Part shown: piece after piece, positions 40,067 to 54,740 of the stretch
Layout: every line of letters begins with the position of its first letter
Numbering within the stretch: position 1 is the first letter of the stretch
Assembly: GCA_964016885.1 (NCBI GenBank)
Contig: OZ024742.1
Coordinates: 199,082,001-199,146,000, forward strand
Length of the DNA stretch: 64,000 nt
Origin: Eledone cirrhosa
Taxonomy: Eukaryota
Direction: 5' to 3'
Translations under genes and position numbers: made by a program
Notes under the pieces: model-generated
The model's database searches: none
What the model was told of the DNA's origin: nothing
The model's input: the letters and a program-made list of their open reading frames with translations, nothing else

Positions 40067-40428
40067 AATAATTGTTTCTACTATTGGCACAAAGACAGCA
40101 GTTACCCAGTGTATTACTGGTACTTTATTTTATCGACCCCGTAAGGATGAAAGGCAAAGTTAACCTCGGCGGGATTTGAACTCAGAATAGCAAAGGCCGT
40201 AACTATGCGTCAAAGCATGGTGTCCGACTCTCTACCGATACTGCCAATCCCAATTTAATAATTGTTTCTACGTTAGGCACAAGGCCAGCAATTATCCAGT
40301 GTATTACTGATACTTTATTTTATCGACCCCGTACGGATGAAAGGCAAAGTTAACCTCGGCGGGATTTGAACTCAGAATAGCAAGGGCCGTAACTCTATGC
40401 GTCAAAGCATGGCGTCCGACTTTCTACC
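40067..40428 (-). mobile_element. Tandem pair of the same SINE (also 32394-32576, 37675-37776, 46345-46530, 59010-59110, 59940-60085, decayed cluster 4300-5250)
   Basis: Reverse complement of the 29855 SINE sequence. Confidence 0.85.
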
Positions 40429-40526
40429 AAATGCTGACCAAAACATTGGATAGGAAATGAATCCATATGAATCGGATGAGATATTTTCGTTTTCATATTT
40501 CACGATCTACTGTCAAGAACTCCCCA

Positions 40527-40583
<57 letters not shown>

Positions 40584-40743
40584 CCCCCCCCACACACACA
40601 CACACAAACACTCTCTCAAAAGCATGAACCTAGTAAACCACCATTTGTACTGCCTCTGTGTTTTGTTCCTGTCTAATATTTAACTATATATATTTCAATT
40701 CATTTTTACGTCCGCCTTTTCCCTGCTTGCAAGGGTGGGACGG

Positions 40744-40814
<71 letters not shown>

Positions 40815-41550
40815 TTATTTACAACAGAACACGTTTCATATATATGTGTGTGTGTCTGCGAGTGTGTGTGAAATGTTTAACAGTGTCTAATGATTTATGT
40901 AGCTCAACAGATTTTAACGATCCACACACACACGTGTACACACATCGTCGTCGTCGTAGTAGTAGTTGTAATAAACACACACACACCAATCACTGGATCG
41001 GTTGGTTTAATGTCAAATAAATATAAGTATATTATTAGTAAGCTCGGTGATTCGAAGATGAAGATCGATAGACGATGATGATAATAGATTAAGTCAATAA
41101 TTATATAGCACATCTGCTCTCATTAGAATCACCTCTACTCTCTGTCTTTCTCAAACTAACTTCAGTTAAAGACAGGATGAAGTAAACAAAGGCCAGAAAG
41201 AAGAAGAGGTACAGAGGAAAACAAATAGTCCTCGAGTTGGTCACAGAATGTGTGACTAAAGAACTTTGACGAATTAACTAACAAAGCTGAAGTGAAAATC
41301 CATTAGTGCTTGTGTTATTATATTGACAATATTGATAACGTGACTGTCTCAATTATGACAATATCTGTTTTAACACATGATTTCACATCAAGTCTCTTGT
41401 AAAATAAATGCACATAGATAATATATAACTCATTTTTATACATAATATATATATGTAGCTCGAAACAACAACAAAAAACAAACAAACGCAGGAGTAAATG
41501 TTACATGATATTATTAGCTTCACGCTTGGTGAGAGTGGGGAGGGGGCGGG

Positions 41551-41579
41551 TACGACGTTTCGGACAAGCCCTTCATCAG
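41551..41579 (-). ncRNA. Penelope-type hammerhead core
   Basis: Minus strand reads CTGATGA-A-GGGCTTGTCC-GAAA-CGTCG-TA; stem I is poor. Confidence 0.55.
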
Positions 41580-42727
41580 GAGCGTGGGGGGGGGTGCTCT
41601 GAGGAGTGAAGGGGGAGTTACACGCACACATATCTACATAAATGTTTATGTACACAAGTAGATAAAACACCCTTCAATATATGTGTAAATATGTGTGTAT
41701 GTGTATCACCATCGTCGTTTAACGTCTATTTTCCATGCTATCAAATGCTGTGTGCAGGAGAAGAGATTGCATTGGTATAGACATGTGATGCATATGAAGG
41801 ATGATAGCTGTATAAAAAGGTGCAGAAAGGTATGGAGTAGGAAGACACAGGAAGACTTGGTGAGCTGATACAAGCTGACCTTGTACAATTGCACCTCTCA
41901 AAGGCGATGACACAGGACCAAGATCTCTGGCATGATGCGGTAATACAGAAGACTTGCCTTCTCACGAGCACAGGCAGATAGTCATCGAGGAGGTCACATA
42001 TAGTATGCACCACCTTCACCTTCATCCCCCCTTCCATACACCATCCATAAGCGCAGGCTGAAGTATACATCTAGTATGAACCACCTTCACCTCCATCTCT
42101 CCTTTCATTCACCTCCTACATCCTAACACTCCATCCCTCACATAGGCCCATATACCCACCTCCCCATCTTTACCAGCATAGTTCTCAGCCCACACTGTAA
42201 CATGGTTTTGCAGGTGACACGTCAAAAGCACCCAGTCCACACTGTAAATGAAGTTGGGACTAGGAAGGGCATCCAACTATAGAAATCAAGCCAGAAACAG
42301 TTCTGTATGAGCAAGATACAGTCACCTAACCTGGCCTATCTCACAACAGGATAACTTGTCTAACCCATGCTAACATGGAAAAATGGGCATTAAACAGTGA
42401 TGATGATATCCCATCATTCCCTCTCCATACAGTTTAAAGTCATTGTCTGACTGTATATATATATCTAATAAAGCTAAGGCAAGTATGCGTGAGGACAACA
42501 GATGTTTCACCAGTTTATATTCACACATATCCTTCTCTCTATATATTCAGGTGTCTCTGTGTGTGTATGTATATATATATATATATGTATACACATATAC
42601 ATACACATGTATACACATATACATACACCCATATATATACACATATACACATATATATATTTGTCTTTACTATACACAGAGAAATGACTTCTACAGGACT
42701 AGAACTGTTTCATTTGTATGAGATCAC

Positions 42728-42772
42728 CAGGATTCCTGATGATTTAATAAGAATGAAACAGTTCTAATCCTG
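42728..42772 (+). ncRNA. Atypical minimal hammerhead-like motif (related copies ~36841-36882 + and ~55690-55730 -)
   Basis: caggatt-c-CTGATGA(42736)-tt...aat-GAAA-cagt-TC-t-aatcctg. Essentially no stem III; U-U next to the core in all three copies. Confidence 0.55.
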
Positions 42773-45700
42773 TAGAAGTCCTTTCTATATAAATATAATA
42801 AAGATGCCTATACTCTACCAATGTATTGAGGTCCTTTTTTAATTGTGATTACCCTCTGACACAACTCAGGAATCTACATATGTATATACACACACACACA
42901 CACATATATTCTATAAACATGTCAGTATTGAAGAAATCCACCTTACCAAATGAGTTATTACTGTATAATATAGTTTGTGGCCACCTGACCTGATCCAGTA
43001 AGTCTATAACATATCCATAAAGCTTTTTCTTTTTATATCAAGGCAGGGTAGGGCAGACCAGAGATGGGGATGTGGTCAGATAGGATAGGTAGGCCAGTTG
43101 GTATGGGCCTACAACTTTGATCGAGGCCTACTCACCTCAACTTCTATTTCTTTTATTCTGTTCTGTACACCATGCGCATACTTTATGAGCAGCTTGAAAT
43201 GGGGCTTACATTTTACATCTGACCTGGGTCTATTATCAGCTCAAGGAGGGACCTATATTTCACATCTGGCCTGGGCGTAATACCAGCTTGGATATGTGAG
43301 GGGAAGGAGGCACTTTACAGCTTAGGTCAGAGGCAAGGTTTTGCATATGTCCTGGCCCTGTTACCAGCTTGTGGATGCTGCTACATTTTACAGTTGGCCT
43401 GGGCCTGCTATAAGTTCTGTGGGGTAGGGGGGTCTATTACCAGCTTTGCATAGCTCTATATCAAGGCCTACTGCATCTATGACTACATTGTCTAAGGTAT
43501 CTTTTATAACCCTTTAGCATTTAAACCGGCCGCATCCGGCCAGAATTCTCTCACCTCTTTCTGTTCAAACCAGCGATAACTGGCTCCTCATGCTTACGTT
43601 AAGGTATTGTTCTCAAAATAAATAATACCAAAATCTCATAGATTCGATATTATGTGAGATAATTATGTGAGGTAAAGCCTTTTCTGTGAAAATACAATAG
43701 TAAATATAGCGTAATGTAAATGCTAAAGAGTTAAAGATAGGTGGGTGTGATATAAGAGATCTGGCTATTTCTAGCAGATGTAGTAACCACAGATCTGTTA
43801 TCTCATTGCTGATACACTTACCATTGTTGTTATTGTTTAGCTACCAGGTCAACTCTGATTGAGTAGACATATGATTAAAGGCAGTCTAGCCAGGACCATC
43901 TAGTAATACATTATTTAAAGTATTACTAGAGATACAGTAGGATGGGATTTAGAGGAATTTCGCTACCTTTCTTAGCAGGTCAAGCAACCATGTAGAGGCT
44001 CATTCTGTGATTATGTAAAACATATATCAGCAACTTCTTTTGAATATTTTTTTTAATTCTGCCCATGGTCCATATGTATATTATGTCATATCTTACATAT
44101 AAGCATTAGAAAAGATAAGACGCCCACAGAGAACACCTCAATGGTCCACTTGTATATCATATCTTACATATAAACATTTGAAAATGTGCAAAGCCCACAG
44201 AAAACATCTAAATAGCCAACACGTATATTGTATCCTATCCAATATATAAACATTAGAAAAAGGCTGAGGCCCACATGTATATTATATATTTCACATATAA
44301 AGAGCGCCTAAATGGCCCACATGTGGCCCATTGCTCACTTGTTGCTAATCCCTGATGTGAGAAATGTGCTGGGACTGTCAGATTAGGGAAAGGAAGAATG
44401 AATCAACACAAAAATTAGGAATACTGTTGTTGCTTAGTCCCAGGTCACCCTTGATCAAGCAGACTTATGATGAAAAAAAAGAATTCCAATTATGAAAATC
44501 TCTTGTTTTCATTCATACATCAGGGACTACAGCCATTATTAAGATGAGAGGGTCTGATGATTTGAGGGAATTTTGACTTCTATTTCTAGTTGGTTCAACA
44601 ACCATGTAGAGGCCCACATGTTAGCTGGTATATATGACAAGTGTAAAGACACTATCAACTAAAGTTTTGGCTGTTATTTTTAACGGATAAAACAAGCAAT
44701 CACCTAGAGGTATTTTATTTTATTGACCTCAAAAGGATGAATGACAAAGTCAATCAACGTCAATGAAATTTAAACTCAAAAGTGCAAAGAACCAGAACAA
44801 ATACCACCAGTACACTCTAAAGTGGGTGGTACTTTAGAAACGATGACAAACAAAGAATTGTGAGGAATTTTTAGCTGTTTCAAGGACATGGCAACCTCCT
44901 TGGTGCTGGTACCATTATACAATGTACCCAGCACACTTGCAAAGGGAGTGGTGTTAGAAACTAAGAGCCAAGAAGACTTTTCAGTTGTGCCAAGGACATA
45001 GCAACCTCTCTAGCAGTGGTGCCATGATAAAATTCACTCAGTATTTTCTGTAAAGTGGTTTGTGTTAGGATGGACATCCAGCCATAGAAACCATGCCAAA
45101 CAAAAGGACAGAAGAACTCTTCAGTTATGTCAAAGACCTCCCTAACTGGTGCTATGATAAAATGCACTTTCAAAGTGGTTTGAGATAGGAAGCTATAGAA
45201 ACCAGCTCAAAAGGAAGGTATGTAAGCAAGGCATGCCACTGCACCTGGCTTGGCTGGAAGGACAGTAACTCCCAATTTAATATTGACTCGGTCTGTGGCG
45301 ATCCATTCAACTAATATCAGCATGAAAAAATGGACATATGATGATGATGATGATAATGCTGATGACAATCTCCGCCAATGTTCTAACAATTCTGTCAATC
45401 TACTGCCTGCCCCTGATTGTCATATAGACCCAATAACCAGTAGCCAAATCTCCCTCAAATTATCGCACTCTCATGGATTGGTATTTTATTTTATCAACTC
45501 TGAAACAATGAATAGCAAAGGCAACTCAAGAGAGCAGAGAACTGGAACAAATACTGCAAGGTATTAGATCCCTAACAACTGCTGATTCACCACCTTAATA
45601 TATTGACACAAATGACTGAATAGATAATCAGATCTTTTGTTTTAATGTAGTCAGGTACACTAACAAAATGGAATTTAATTCTAACATATCTCCTAGTCTA

Positions 45701-46689
45701 TGTCCCTATGTCTCTCTCACTCTCTCTCTCTCTGTGTATGTCTGTCCCTATGTCTCTGTCTCTCTATATGTCCGTCTGTCTCCACATGTATCAGTGTGTC
45801 TGCAAGAGTCAGTCTGCATGTGTTTGTCTAGGTGTCTGTCTGCCAGACTGTCCACCTGGCACTATTGGTATCTTCACTTGTTATATATACCAAACGACTA
45901 GTGGGCCTCTAACTGGTTATTGAACATACTAGAAATAGCAACCAGATTTCTCTTATCTATGTCAGGCTCTGAAGGTGTCTTTACACTTGTCAAATACATA
46001 CACCCATATTTGATGTAGCATGGTTAAATGGTTAAGAGGTTCATTTCATATTCACAATATTTTAGATTTAGTCCCACTGTGTGGCATCTTGAGGAAGTGT
46101 CTTTTACCATAGCCTCAAGTTGACCCAGGCTTTATGAGTGAATTTGAGATCATAACTGTTTGGAGGCCTGTCAGATGGACTGTACTTATAATTCAAAGGG
46201 TCATTCATGTCATGCTGAATCTCCCTGAGAATTAGTTAAAAAATATACATGCCTATGGAATATTCCGCCACTTAAATGAGTAGGCAGCTCTGTTGATTGA
46301 ATAACTTGAACACTCATAAGTTACTATCTTACTAATGAAAAAATTAATAATTGTTTCTACTTTCGGCACAAGGCCAGCAATTATCCCAGTGTATTACCGG
46401 TACTTTATTTTATCGACCCCGTAAGGATGAAAGGCAAAGTTAACCTCGGTGGCATTTGAACTCAGACCATAAAGGGCCGTAACTCTTTGCTGCAAAGCAT
46501 GGCGTCCGACCCTCTACCGATACTGCCAATCCCCCATGAAAAATGAAAAATGAAAAAATTAATAATGTTAGTAAATCTCTCAAAATTATTCATTAATTAA
46601 TTAAAATAGAGTATATTACATTAGAAATGTAGTCATGAAAGGATTAAAATGAATAGCTTTGTATCATAAATCCAGGGCAGTTCAGGTAG

Positions 46690-48720
46690 TTTGGTATCAA
46701 AAGAGTTAAACAGTAGAAAAAACAAACACCAAACTCAACCCCTACATCACCCTTCCTCAATGTTGGACTTGTGAGATGGGAAAAGGATAGAAAAAATAGA
46801 AAAAAAATAGAAAAAAACATGAAACATTGAAGATCTTGAAGAAAGAAGACAGCAAAGTGCAATATCCGGCAACTAGAAAAAAAGCTAGATGTGGAGAAGC
46901 TGAAAGTAAGAGGTTCGCATATATCAGATAAGACGTGTAAGGTTTTCTGGATTGCAAGGCAGTGTATTAGAGAGAATCAAGATGACATAAGGGAGAAGTC
47001 TATAAGGAATAATAGCAGCAAAGTTTCATTTACTCACACTGAAATGAAAGAGGTGTGGGAATGCTTTTAAGAGAGGTTGGTCAGTAAGAAGAATGCATGT
47101 GAAGAACAAGGTCTACAAGTATATTTTGAAATTAATAGACTTTATACAGTTGAAAACACTGCATGAAAGCACTTAAATGATATAAAGACAGAGATAGGCT
47201 GCTGAAATGTTTAAAATACCTGGCGAAGTAGGTCATGAATTAATCCTTTATATTGTCAAGCAGGTAGTAGATTGAAGTGTGATGCCCAATAACTATCATT
47301 TTTGATTGCAACAAGAGCAAAAAGATGATACAAGATTGAAACAATTACAGGAACATCAAATTGAAGGACCAGGGCATAAACATTACTGAAAGATTTATAG
47401 CACAATTGATTATGAAGAGAATTAGTCGAGAAAGGATTCAGCTCAGGTTCTTGCCTGAACAAGCAACCCTTTCTGGTGACCTTTATAGTGAGACAACTAC
47501 AGCAGAAGTATTTAGCTAAGAGCAAGCCACTAAACCTAGCTTTCATCCACCTAGAGAAGGTCTTTGATAGAGTTCCACACACTGTAGCCTGGTGGCCCTG
47601 AAGAGAACTAGGAACAAATGAATAGCTTGTGAAAGCTGTGACAGCCATGTACATAGATGCTGTCAGAAAGGTGACAGTTAAGTTCAAAGAGAAATTTATG
47701 ATGCAGGTTAGTGTATAATTCTTAAATTGGTCTTCAACCCAATTCTCCAGGCCATGAAAGAACTTAAGACCAGCAGTCTGTGGGAACTCTTGTATGCCAG
47801 TAACCTAATTCTCATAGTCGAACATTCCAAACAGATATAAAACATGGAATCAAGAGACATCAAAGTATGCAGGCTAGTTTACATTCGCCTTGGTTCTCAG
47901 ACCCCTTTTATTTTAGTCCGTCAGGCCAGGAAAGAGGAGTTTAAGACAGGTTGTTTGTGGGAACTCCATTATGCTGGTGATCTAGTTTCCATAGCTGAAT
48001 CAGTAAAAGATTTAGAGGGGATATTCCAAACAGAAACAAAACTTCGAATTAAGAAGCCTCATCAAAGACTTAAGTTTTAGTTAGTAGGAAAGAAAACAAA
48101 ACCCTACTGGAATTGGGTAAGTGGCCACACTCAATATACAAAAATGGAATAGGTAGGGATTTAAGTCTACTCATTGTATAATATGGATGCACAAGGTGTA
48201 TAGTGGAATCACAGGTAGGCCGACAAAGGTAATTTAACAGGGAAAGTAATTTGACAAGGAAGGCAGGCTTCATACATGACAGAACTATTGGAGTAGTTAA
48301 CAGTAAGAGTACATGTAAGATGAATTATTTTCAATGCTTGAAAAGCATTCTAGAAGTAGTTGATAGTTTGTTACTTAGGTGACCTAATTACCAGTTGAGA
48401 TGATTGCTTTGAGAACCCAGTTTCCAGAGTAAGAAGAGGATATGCAAAGTTCTATTAACCTATTAACTCTACTGGCAAAAATAAAAGTTTTTTCTCTGAA
48501 TGAAGGGCAGATGGTATGATGCTTGTATACAAAGTGTGATACTGCATGTTACTGAGATATGGGCCTTGAATACAAAATATATGTGAAGGTTGGAAAGACA
48601 TGTGACAAGTATAAACTGTTGGTCATACTTGTTGGAGTTATGTTAGTGTGCAGAACAAATGAATTGAGAGAAAACCTGGGTATAAGAGTAATCAGATGTA
48701 GTGTGCAGGAGAAGACTACA
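46690..48720 (+). mobile_element. Highly decayed RTE LINE
   Basis: Remnants LQQKYLAK..LAFIHLEKVFDRVP and WELHYAGDL (YADD-like); many stops. Confidence 0.8.
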
Positions 48721-49494
48721 CTGACAACCTCTCGTGCTTGAGAGCAAGTGAATAGAGATAAAGTGATAACATGGGCAAAGAAGACTTTGGAACAAAGTAA
48801 CATATTTAGTGCTGGTGCAAAGATAAAATATACCCTGTGCACTCTAAAGTGTTTGGTGAACCAAAAAAAATGGACTTCAAATACATCGTACAAAGAATAT
48901 TTACCAAAGGTCATCTAGAAATTTCAATGGCAATTAACCACATTAGCTAATGTTGAATTAAAGACAGTTACACATTTAACCATGCAATATATAACAGTTG
49001 TTAAAATCACAAGTGGTTGGTATATATACTGATCAAGAACGGAGGAACAAAAGGGTTACTCGATGTCACCAAAAAATAATTGCTTTAGAAAGGCAGTAAA
49101 AAATGCCTTTCAAAGTTTACTGGGAGAATACAATATGTTTCATCATCATCAACGTTTAACATCCGTGTTCCACGCTTGCATGGGTTTGGACGGGAGTTTT
49201 CCCACTTGAGGCAAGAGTGATTGTCTTGCAGGTTTTCTACAGTTGGATGCCCTTCCTAACACCAACCACATTTACAGTGTGGGTCTGGGAGGTTTTTACC
49301 GTGTTGCCTACACGGCCACATTACAGCGTGGACTGTGTTTTTTTGTCGTGACACCTACACGATCTCATTTGTTTCGGCCTGGATGGTGTGGCACCAACAT
49401 AACTTTACATAGAACGGGGCGGTGTGGATGGGGTGGGGGTGGTGGGACGGGGGTGTATTTTGTTAGAGATGCCTACTGACTGTAGTAGGTTTTA

Positions 49495-50390
49495 CTATGT
49501 ATTTAGGTAAGGCGGGTCTTCTCTATCCAGTGGGTCTCGGTCCAGTGACATTGTCTTGGAGAGGTGTAAGTGTGTGAGGTCGGAGTTTATCAGCTCGTCC
49601 CAGGTTTTTCTAGGTCTGCCCATTCCGTGGCTACCGTCTATCTTTATTGCCCTGCACTTTGTTATACAGCTATCGACTTTCATGCGCATCACGTGTCCAT
49701 ACCAACGTAGCCTTCTCTCGAGTAAACAACATCTGATCCCTCTTATTTCTAGTTTTTTCCTTAGTTCGTTTATGCTTTGCCGTTCACGTATATTACTATT
49801 ACACATCCAGCGGAGCATGCAAGCTTCGTTCCTCTCTAGTCTGCGTATATCCTCTGCACACAATGCCCAGGTCTCACTGCCATGCAACATTGCTGTTCGT
49901 ATGCAGGCATCATACAACCTGCCTTTCATTTTTAGGGAGAACCCTTTAGCGGCTAATAGCTCTCTGAACTTTTTCCATCCAGTTCTGACTCTAGCTACTG
50001 TACTTTCAGAGCACCCTCCCCCACTGCTGATTTTGTCACCCAGGTAACGGAAGCTGTCCACTATTTCTATAGAGCCCTCTGCGCAGTTGAAAGAGCTAGT
50101 ATTTTGTGGGCACTTGCTGCTACTTATTGCACCAGAGCACCGGCCACATGTGAAATCTATGTTCTTAGCTTACCTGTGATCCCACTACATCTTTTATGCA
50201 CCCATACTTTGCATTTCTGACACAAAATGGAGTTTCTACCTACGCCTTTCCTACACACTGAGCATGGCCACTTCCCGGAAGGGACCGCCGCCTTATTTTC
50301 TTTCCTACAAACTAGAACTTTGGTCTTAGCCAGGTTAATTTTAAGGCCTTTTGATTCTAGGCCGTGCTTCCATGTTTGGAATTTCTTCTC
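49495..50390 (-). mobile_element. RTE-clade LINE 3' fragment
   Basis: DSFRYLGD..ARVRTGWKKFREL..LHGSETW..RRLRWYGHVMRM..GRPRKTW. Confidence 0.92.
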
Positions 50391-51399
50391 TTAGATACTT
50401 AAATTCATGCCAGGAGCTGCTACAGTTTGATCATCATCATCATCACCGTTTTACATCCATTTTTCCACACTAGCATGGATTAGACAAGTTGTCCTGTTGT
50501 GAGCAATGCTAGGTCAGGTGACCATGTTTTGATCATACAGACTGATTTTGGCTCGGTTTCTACAGCTGGATGCCTTTCCTAACGCCAACCTTATTTACAG
50601 TGTGAACTGGGTGCTTTTTGTCATGACACCTACACAACCACTTTACAGTGTGGGCTAGTGTAGGTGATTCAGTGAATTACTGGTGGTGGTACCAAAACAA
50701 GCACTCGATGCACAGGCAGAGTGTATATATTAATAAGAATGAAGTTTTGTTAACATGTATTTAGATTTTTATTGTGTATCGACCTGTTACGCGCGTTTCA
50801 CAGAGAATTGGCTAAGGGTCACCCTTAGAAGTTATGGACAAGACTCCAGTATCGATCTTCTCTTTAGACTGGTGATGCGACAAAGAGCATCTGAAGAGCA
50901 GATCAATAATGGACTCAGGTCTATAACTAGAGTTGTCCTGTCATGAAACAAGTCAGATCAGGTGACTGTCTTGCTCATTCAAAGCTGATTTTGGCTTGGC
51001 TTCTACGACTGGATGCCCTTCCTAATGCCAACCGCATTTACAGTGTGTACTGGGTGCTTTTTGTTGTGACACCTACACGACCACTTTACAGTGAGTGCAG
51101 GGTGCTTTTTGCCATGACGCCTACATGACCACTTTAGAGTGTGGACTGGGAGCTGGGGTGGAGGAGGTACATTGGGATTGGAAAGGTAGATCTAGTGGGT
51201 GTTAGGGCATGGGAGATGTATGGAAGAGGAAGGGGAAGATAAGGGATAGTAGTGTGTATGCTTCAACCTGTGCAAATGGGAAGGCAAGTCTTCTATATTA
51301 CTGCATAACGCCAGAGATTTTGATCCTGTGTCCATTGCCTTTGAGAGGTGTAATTGTGCAAGGTCTGCTTTATTCACCTCATCCCAAGTCATCCTAGTC

Positions 51400-51811
51400 C
51401 TGAAATAGCATGTTGAAATATGCTATAATCATCAAGGAGAAAAAGCATTCATTCCCAAGATTTCTCTCATCCCTTTCTCTAAAGAGCTACCGTTCAAATT
51501 CTCAAGACTTCAGTTCCTTTTTAGAGTCAGTTTTGCTATGACCATAAATAAAGCTCAGGGTCAGAGTCTCAAAGTTGTATGATTGAATATAAGAGAATCA
51601 GTTTTTACCGATAGACAGTTATATGTAGGTTGTTCACAAGTGGGAACACCTAAAAATCTTCATATACTATGCACAAATGATAAAAAGAAACATCTGGTGT
51701 ATCCGGAAGATTCTTTTTTACTGTTTCTTTTTTTGTTACACACACAAGTCTCACCAGACAACACATCCAGTAGTCACTTTCTCTGCTACCAGAAGCTGGG
51801 TACCTCAGCAA

Positions 51812-51813
<2 letters not shown>
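51400..51813 (+). mobile_element. Helitron 3' fragment (helicase C-terminus)
   Basis: FIPKISLIP...FAMTINKAQGQSLKVV...QLYVGCSQV; ends gaagctgggtacctcagCAAG (degenerate CTAG). Confidence 0.85.
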
Positions 51814-51864
<51 letters not shown>

Positions 51865-52289
51865 AAGACATACACAAGCATAAATTTATATATACATATA
51901 TATGCTACTTGCTAGCAGGGAAAGCGGATATCAAAACAATGATGATACATATATGTCTGTGCATAACACCAAACTTGTTTGTATAGTGAGAAAGGGCCCA
52001 TCAAATTTTGTTTGAGGTGGCATGGTGGGGCATGGAGAAAAAAATGGGTTAAAGACTACTGCTGTAGATAGATACAAGATTTTTGTAGGTCCCAGAAAAT
52101 AAACCAAAGCTGTTCTCAGCCTTTCTCCTGAAGTCAACAGTCACTGGAGAGTAAAATAAACTACATTGAAATAAAAAAAAAAAACATTCTCTGCTAGTGT
52201 ATGTTGCCTGTCCAGCAGAACTCAACAGAAATAAGTTACTTTTTTTTAAGATTGTCATAATATTAGCATTTTAAAAACCTTCTGAGATA

Positions 52290-53160
52290 TCTTCTGTTTC
52301 CCAGATCAGATCAATCACAAGTTCCAACTGTTACCAAAACTCCAAACCATCAAATGTTCAAAAGGAATACCATCAGGGCCAGGAGCCTTGTCCAACTTCA
52401 TGTGTTCTAAAGCCTCTGTAAACTCACTGTGATATGGTGACAGAGATATCCACTCCTGGATAGGAAGCCAAGAATTGTTTCCAAGATCTACTTCAGTTTG
52501 GGAGACTTTGGAAGTATGATCACCAATGCTGCAAAATATCTCTAGGGTCAGAGGGAATAGTTGTATCATCTATGTCCTTGAGGCCTTCCATAGATGACCC
52601 CAAAAGGCAAGAAATTTCCTTAGTAGCAGCATAGAAGCGATGTATTTCTTTTTGTCAGCATATTGTTGCAGTCCTTCATCTCTAGCTTGCCACTAACTAT
52701 TTTTGAATCGTTGTAGGTGTTTCTGACATAGCTTTGTTGCTTCTTAAAGGTGCTTCCTATTCTCTTATGAAGAGTAAGGTGAGCTATCCTCTTCTGTTTG
52801 ATGTCTTCATTCTCATCAAACCAGTCTTAATTGGTTTTTTCAAAGCATCTTCAGCTACACTGGTGTATCACAAATGTTGCACTATTTACTTTATATCTTA
52901 CTGTGCTTTGATGAACGAGTTACCTCCTGATATGGACATCCCCTATAAGTTTAAATGAGTTACCTCCAGATATGGACATCGCCTATAAGTTAGATGGTCG
53001 GTTGTTCAATCTCTCATGTTTCCACTCCAAGACAAAGTCTACTCTCAATAGGGTGGGTCAACTACAATATGCAGGTAACAATGCAACACCAACAAACAGC
53101 GAAGCTGATCTTCAAAAGACAGCAGACCTATACACAAAAGTATATCAGTGTTTTGGATTG
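52290..53160. mobile_element. RTE (BovB-like) LINE pieces in opposite orientations
   Basis: Minus strand KAPGPDGIP (52315-52569); plus strand YKLDGRLFNL...LQYAG (52972-53160). Confidence 0.7.
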
Positions 53161-53169
53161 CAAGATGTA

Positions 53170-54740
53170 AGGATGGCAACAGTTCTCGGACGGGCCAGCA
53201 GAGAAGATAGTTGAGGAAGATGTGAAAACATGGAGAAAAATGAAGAGCACAAGGGCCGATAGGAGTTGTGGGAGATATGTTAAAGACAGTGGGAAGTTGG
53301 GGCTTGAAGAAAATGACAGATCTGTATGTTGGTAATAAAAGACCATATTCCAGCAGATTGAGAGTTGGGTGCTCACATCCCTCTGTACAAGTGACTTGTA
53401 AAAAACAAGCTACTGGAACATAGAATGAAGGTATTGGCAAGTGTTAAAGAAAAAGATACAGAAAAAATAAATATTGGTAAAATGTACTTTAGATATGTGC
53501 CAGAAAAAGCAACAACTGATGCAATTTTTATTGTAAAGCAAGAGAAGTACAAAGACAAGAGGAGGAATTTGTTTTCTGGGATTGTTTAAATGTTGAAGAT
53601 TGTCGATAGCGCTCAATATGATGTAGGTATTCAGTGAGTTGAGAGCGTTTAGAATAGTGATGACAATGTAAGAGAAAGTGTGTATAGACGTAAAGCTGAA
53701 GGATTTGGAAATGAAAAGTTTGAAGTGCAAGTTGGAGTGCATCAGGGACCAGTGTTAAGCCCACACCAATTTGTAGTTGTAATGGAGCGTACTGACCTGA
53801 AGTGTAAAGGAGAGCTTATCATGGGAGTTGCTGAATGTAAATGACAATGTGTTAATAGAAGAAAGTATGGATGGACTGTGATTGAAGATGAACAGGGGGA
53901 AGGAATGTATGGCAGTAAAAGGTATGATGAATATTGGAAAGATAAAGGTGATGGCAAGTGGTAAAGTATTTGAAAAAACAGGAAAGTGGTTGTGTGCAGT
54001 AAGCAGGAAAGGTGTTGGAGTGAATTCCATTAAATGTATGTAATATACTGGGTACATCGAACATGTAGTGGTATGCAAAGATTATTAAAATGTGGCAGCT
54101 TCATTCAAGTGTAAAGTGTGGATGGAGAGAGGTACAGATAGAGAAGATGTTGAGCTGGATCTTGGGAATGGTGTGAAGATGAAAGGTGTAAAAATGTTTT
54201 GTTACCTAGGAGACACGTTGGATAGATCAATTCCTACAACAGTATTTAGAGTGAGATGTGCATGGAAGAAGTTCTAGGAACCGAGCAGTGTGTTAATGGG
54301 GGAGGGATGTCACTGAAACTGAAGAGAAATGCGCCATGATTTATGGGAGCGAGACATGGGTGATAAACTTGTAGCAAGAAAGGGTGGAAAGAATGGAAAT
54401 GGGAATGTTCCAGTGGGTGAGTGGATTATTGCTAGGAGAGAGGAAGGTAAATAAGGACTTTCAGAGGATGAGGGGAATAGAACCAGTGATGAATGTTGTA
54501 AAGAGAAATAGAATGAGATTGTTGGGTCACATGTTGAAGGAAGAATGAAAGTGACTGTATGAGAAAAAAGATGGAAATATATGTGGAAGGAAGTGGAAGA
54601 AGGATAAGACCAAGAAAAACATGGCTAAAAATGATGGAGAAGGAAATGAAAGCTAGGGGTTGGTGAGGTGGGATGCAGATGATAGGGGAAAATAGAGAAA
54701 CATGTTATGGGGGGCCTCGCAAAACTAATCTTTGCTTTAA
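53170..54740 (+). mobile_element. Decayed RTE LINE
   Basis: VGVHQGPVLSP, FCYLGD, CAWKKF, YGSETW and RPRKTW remnants. Confidence 0.8.
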
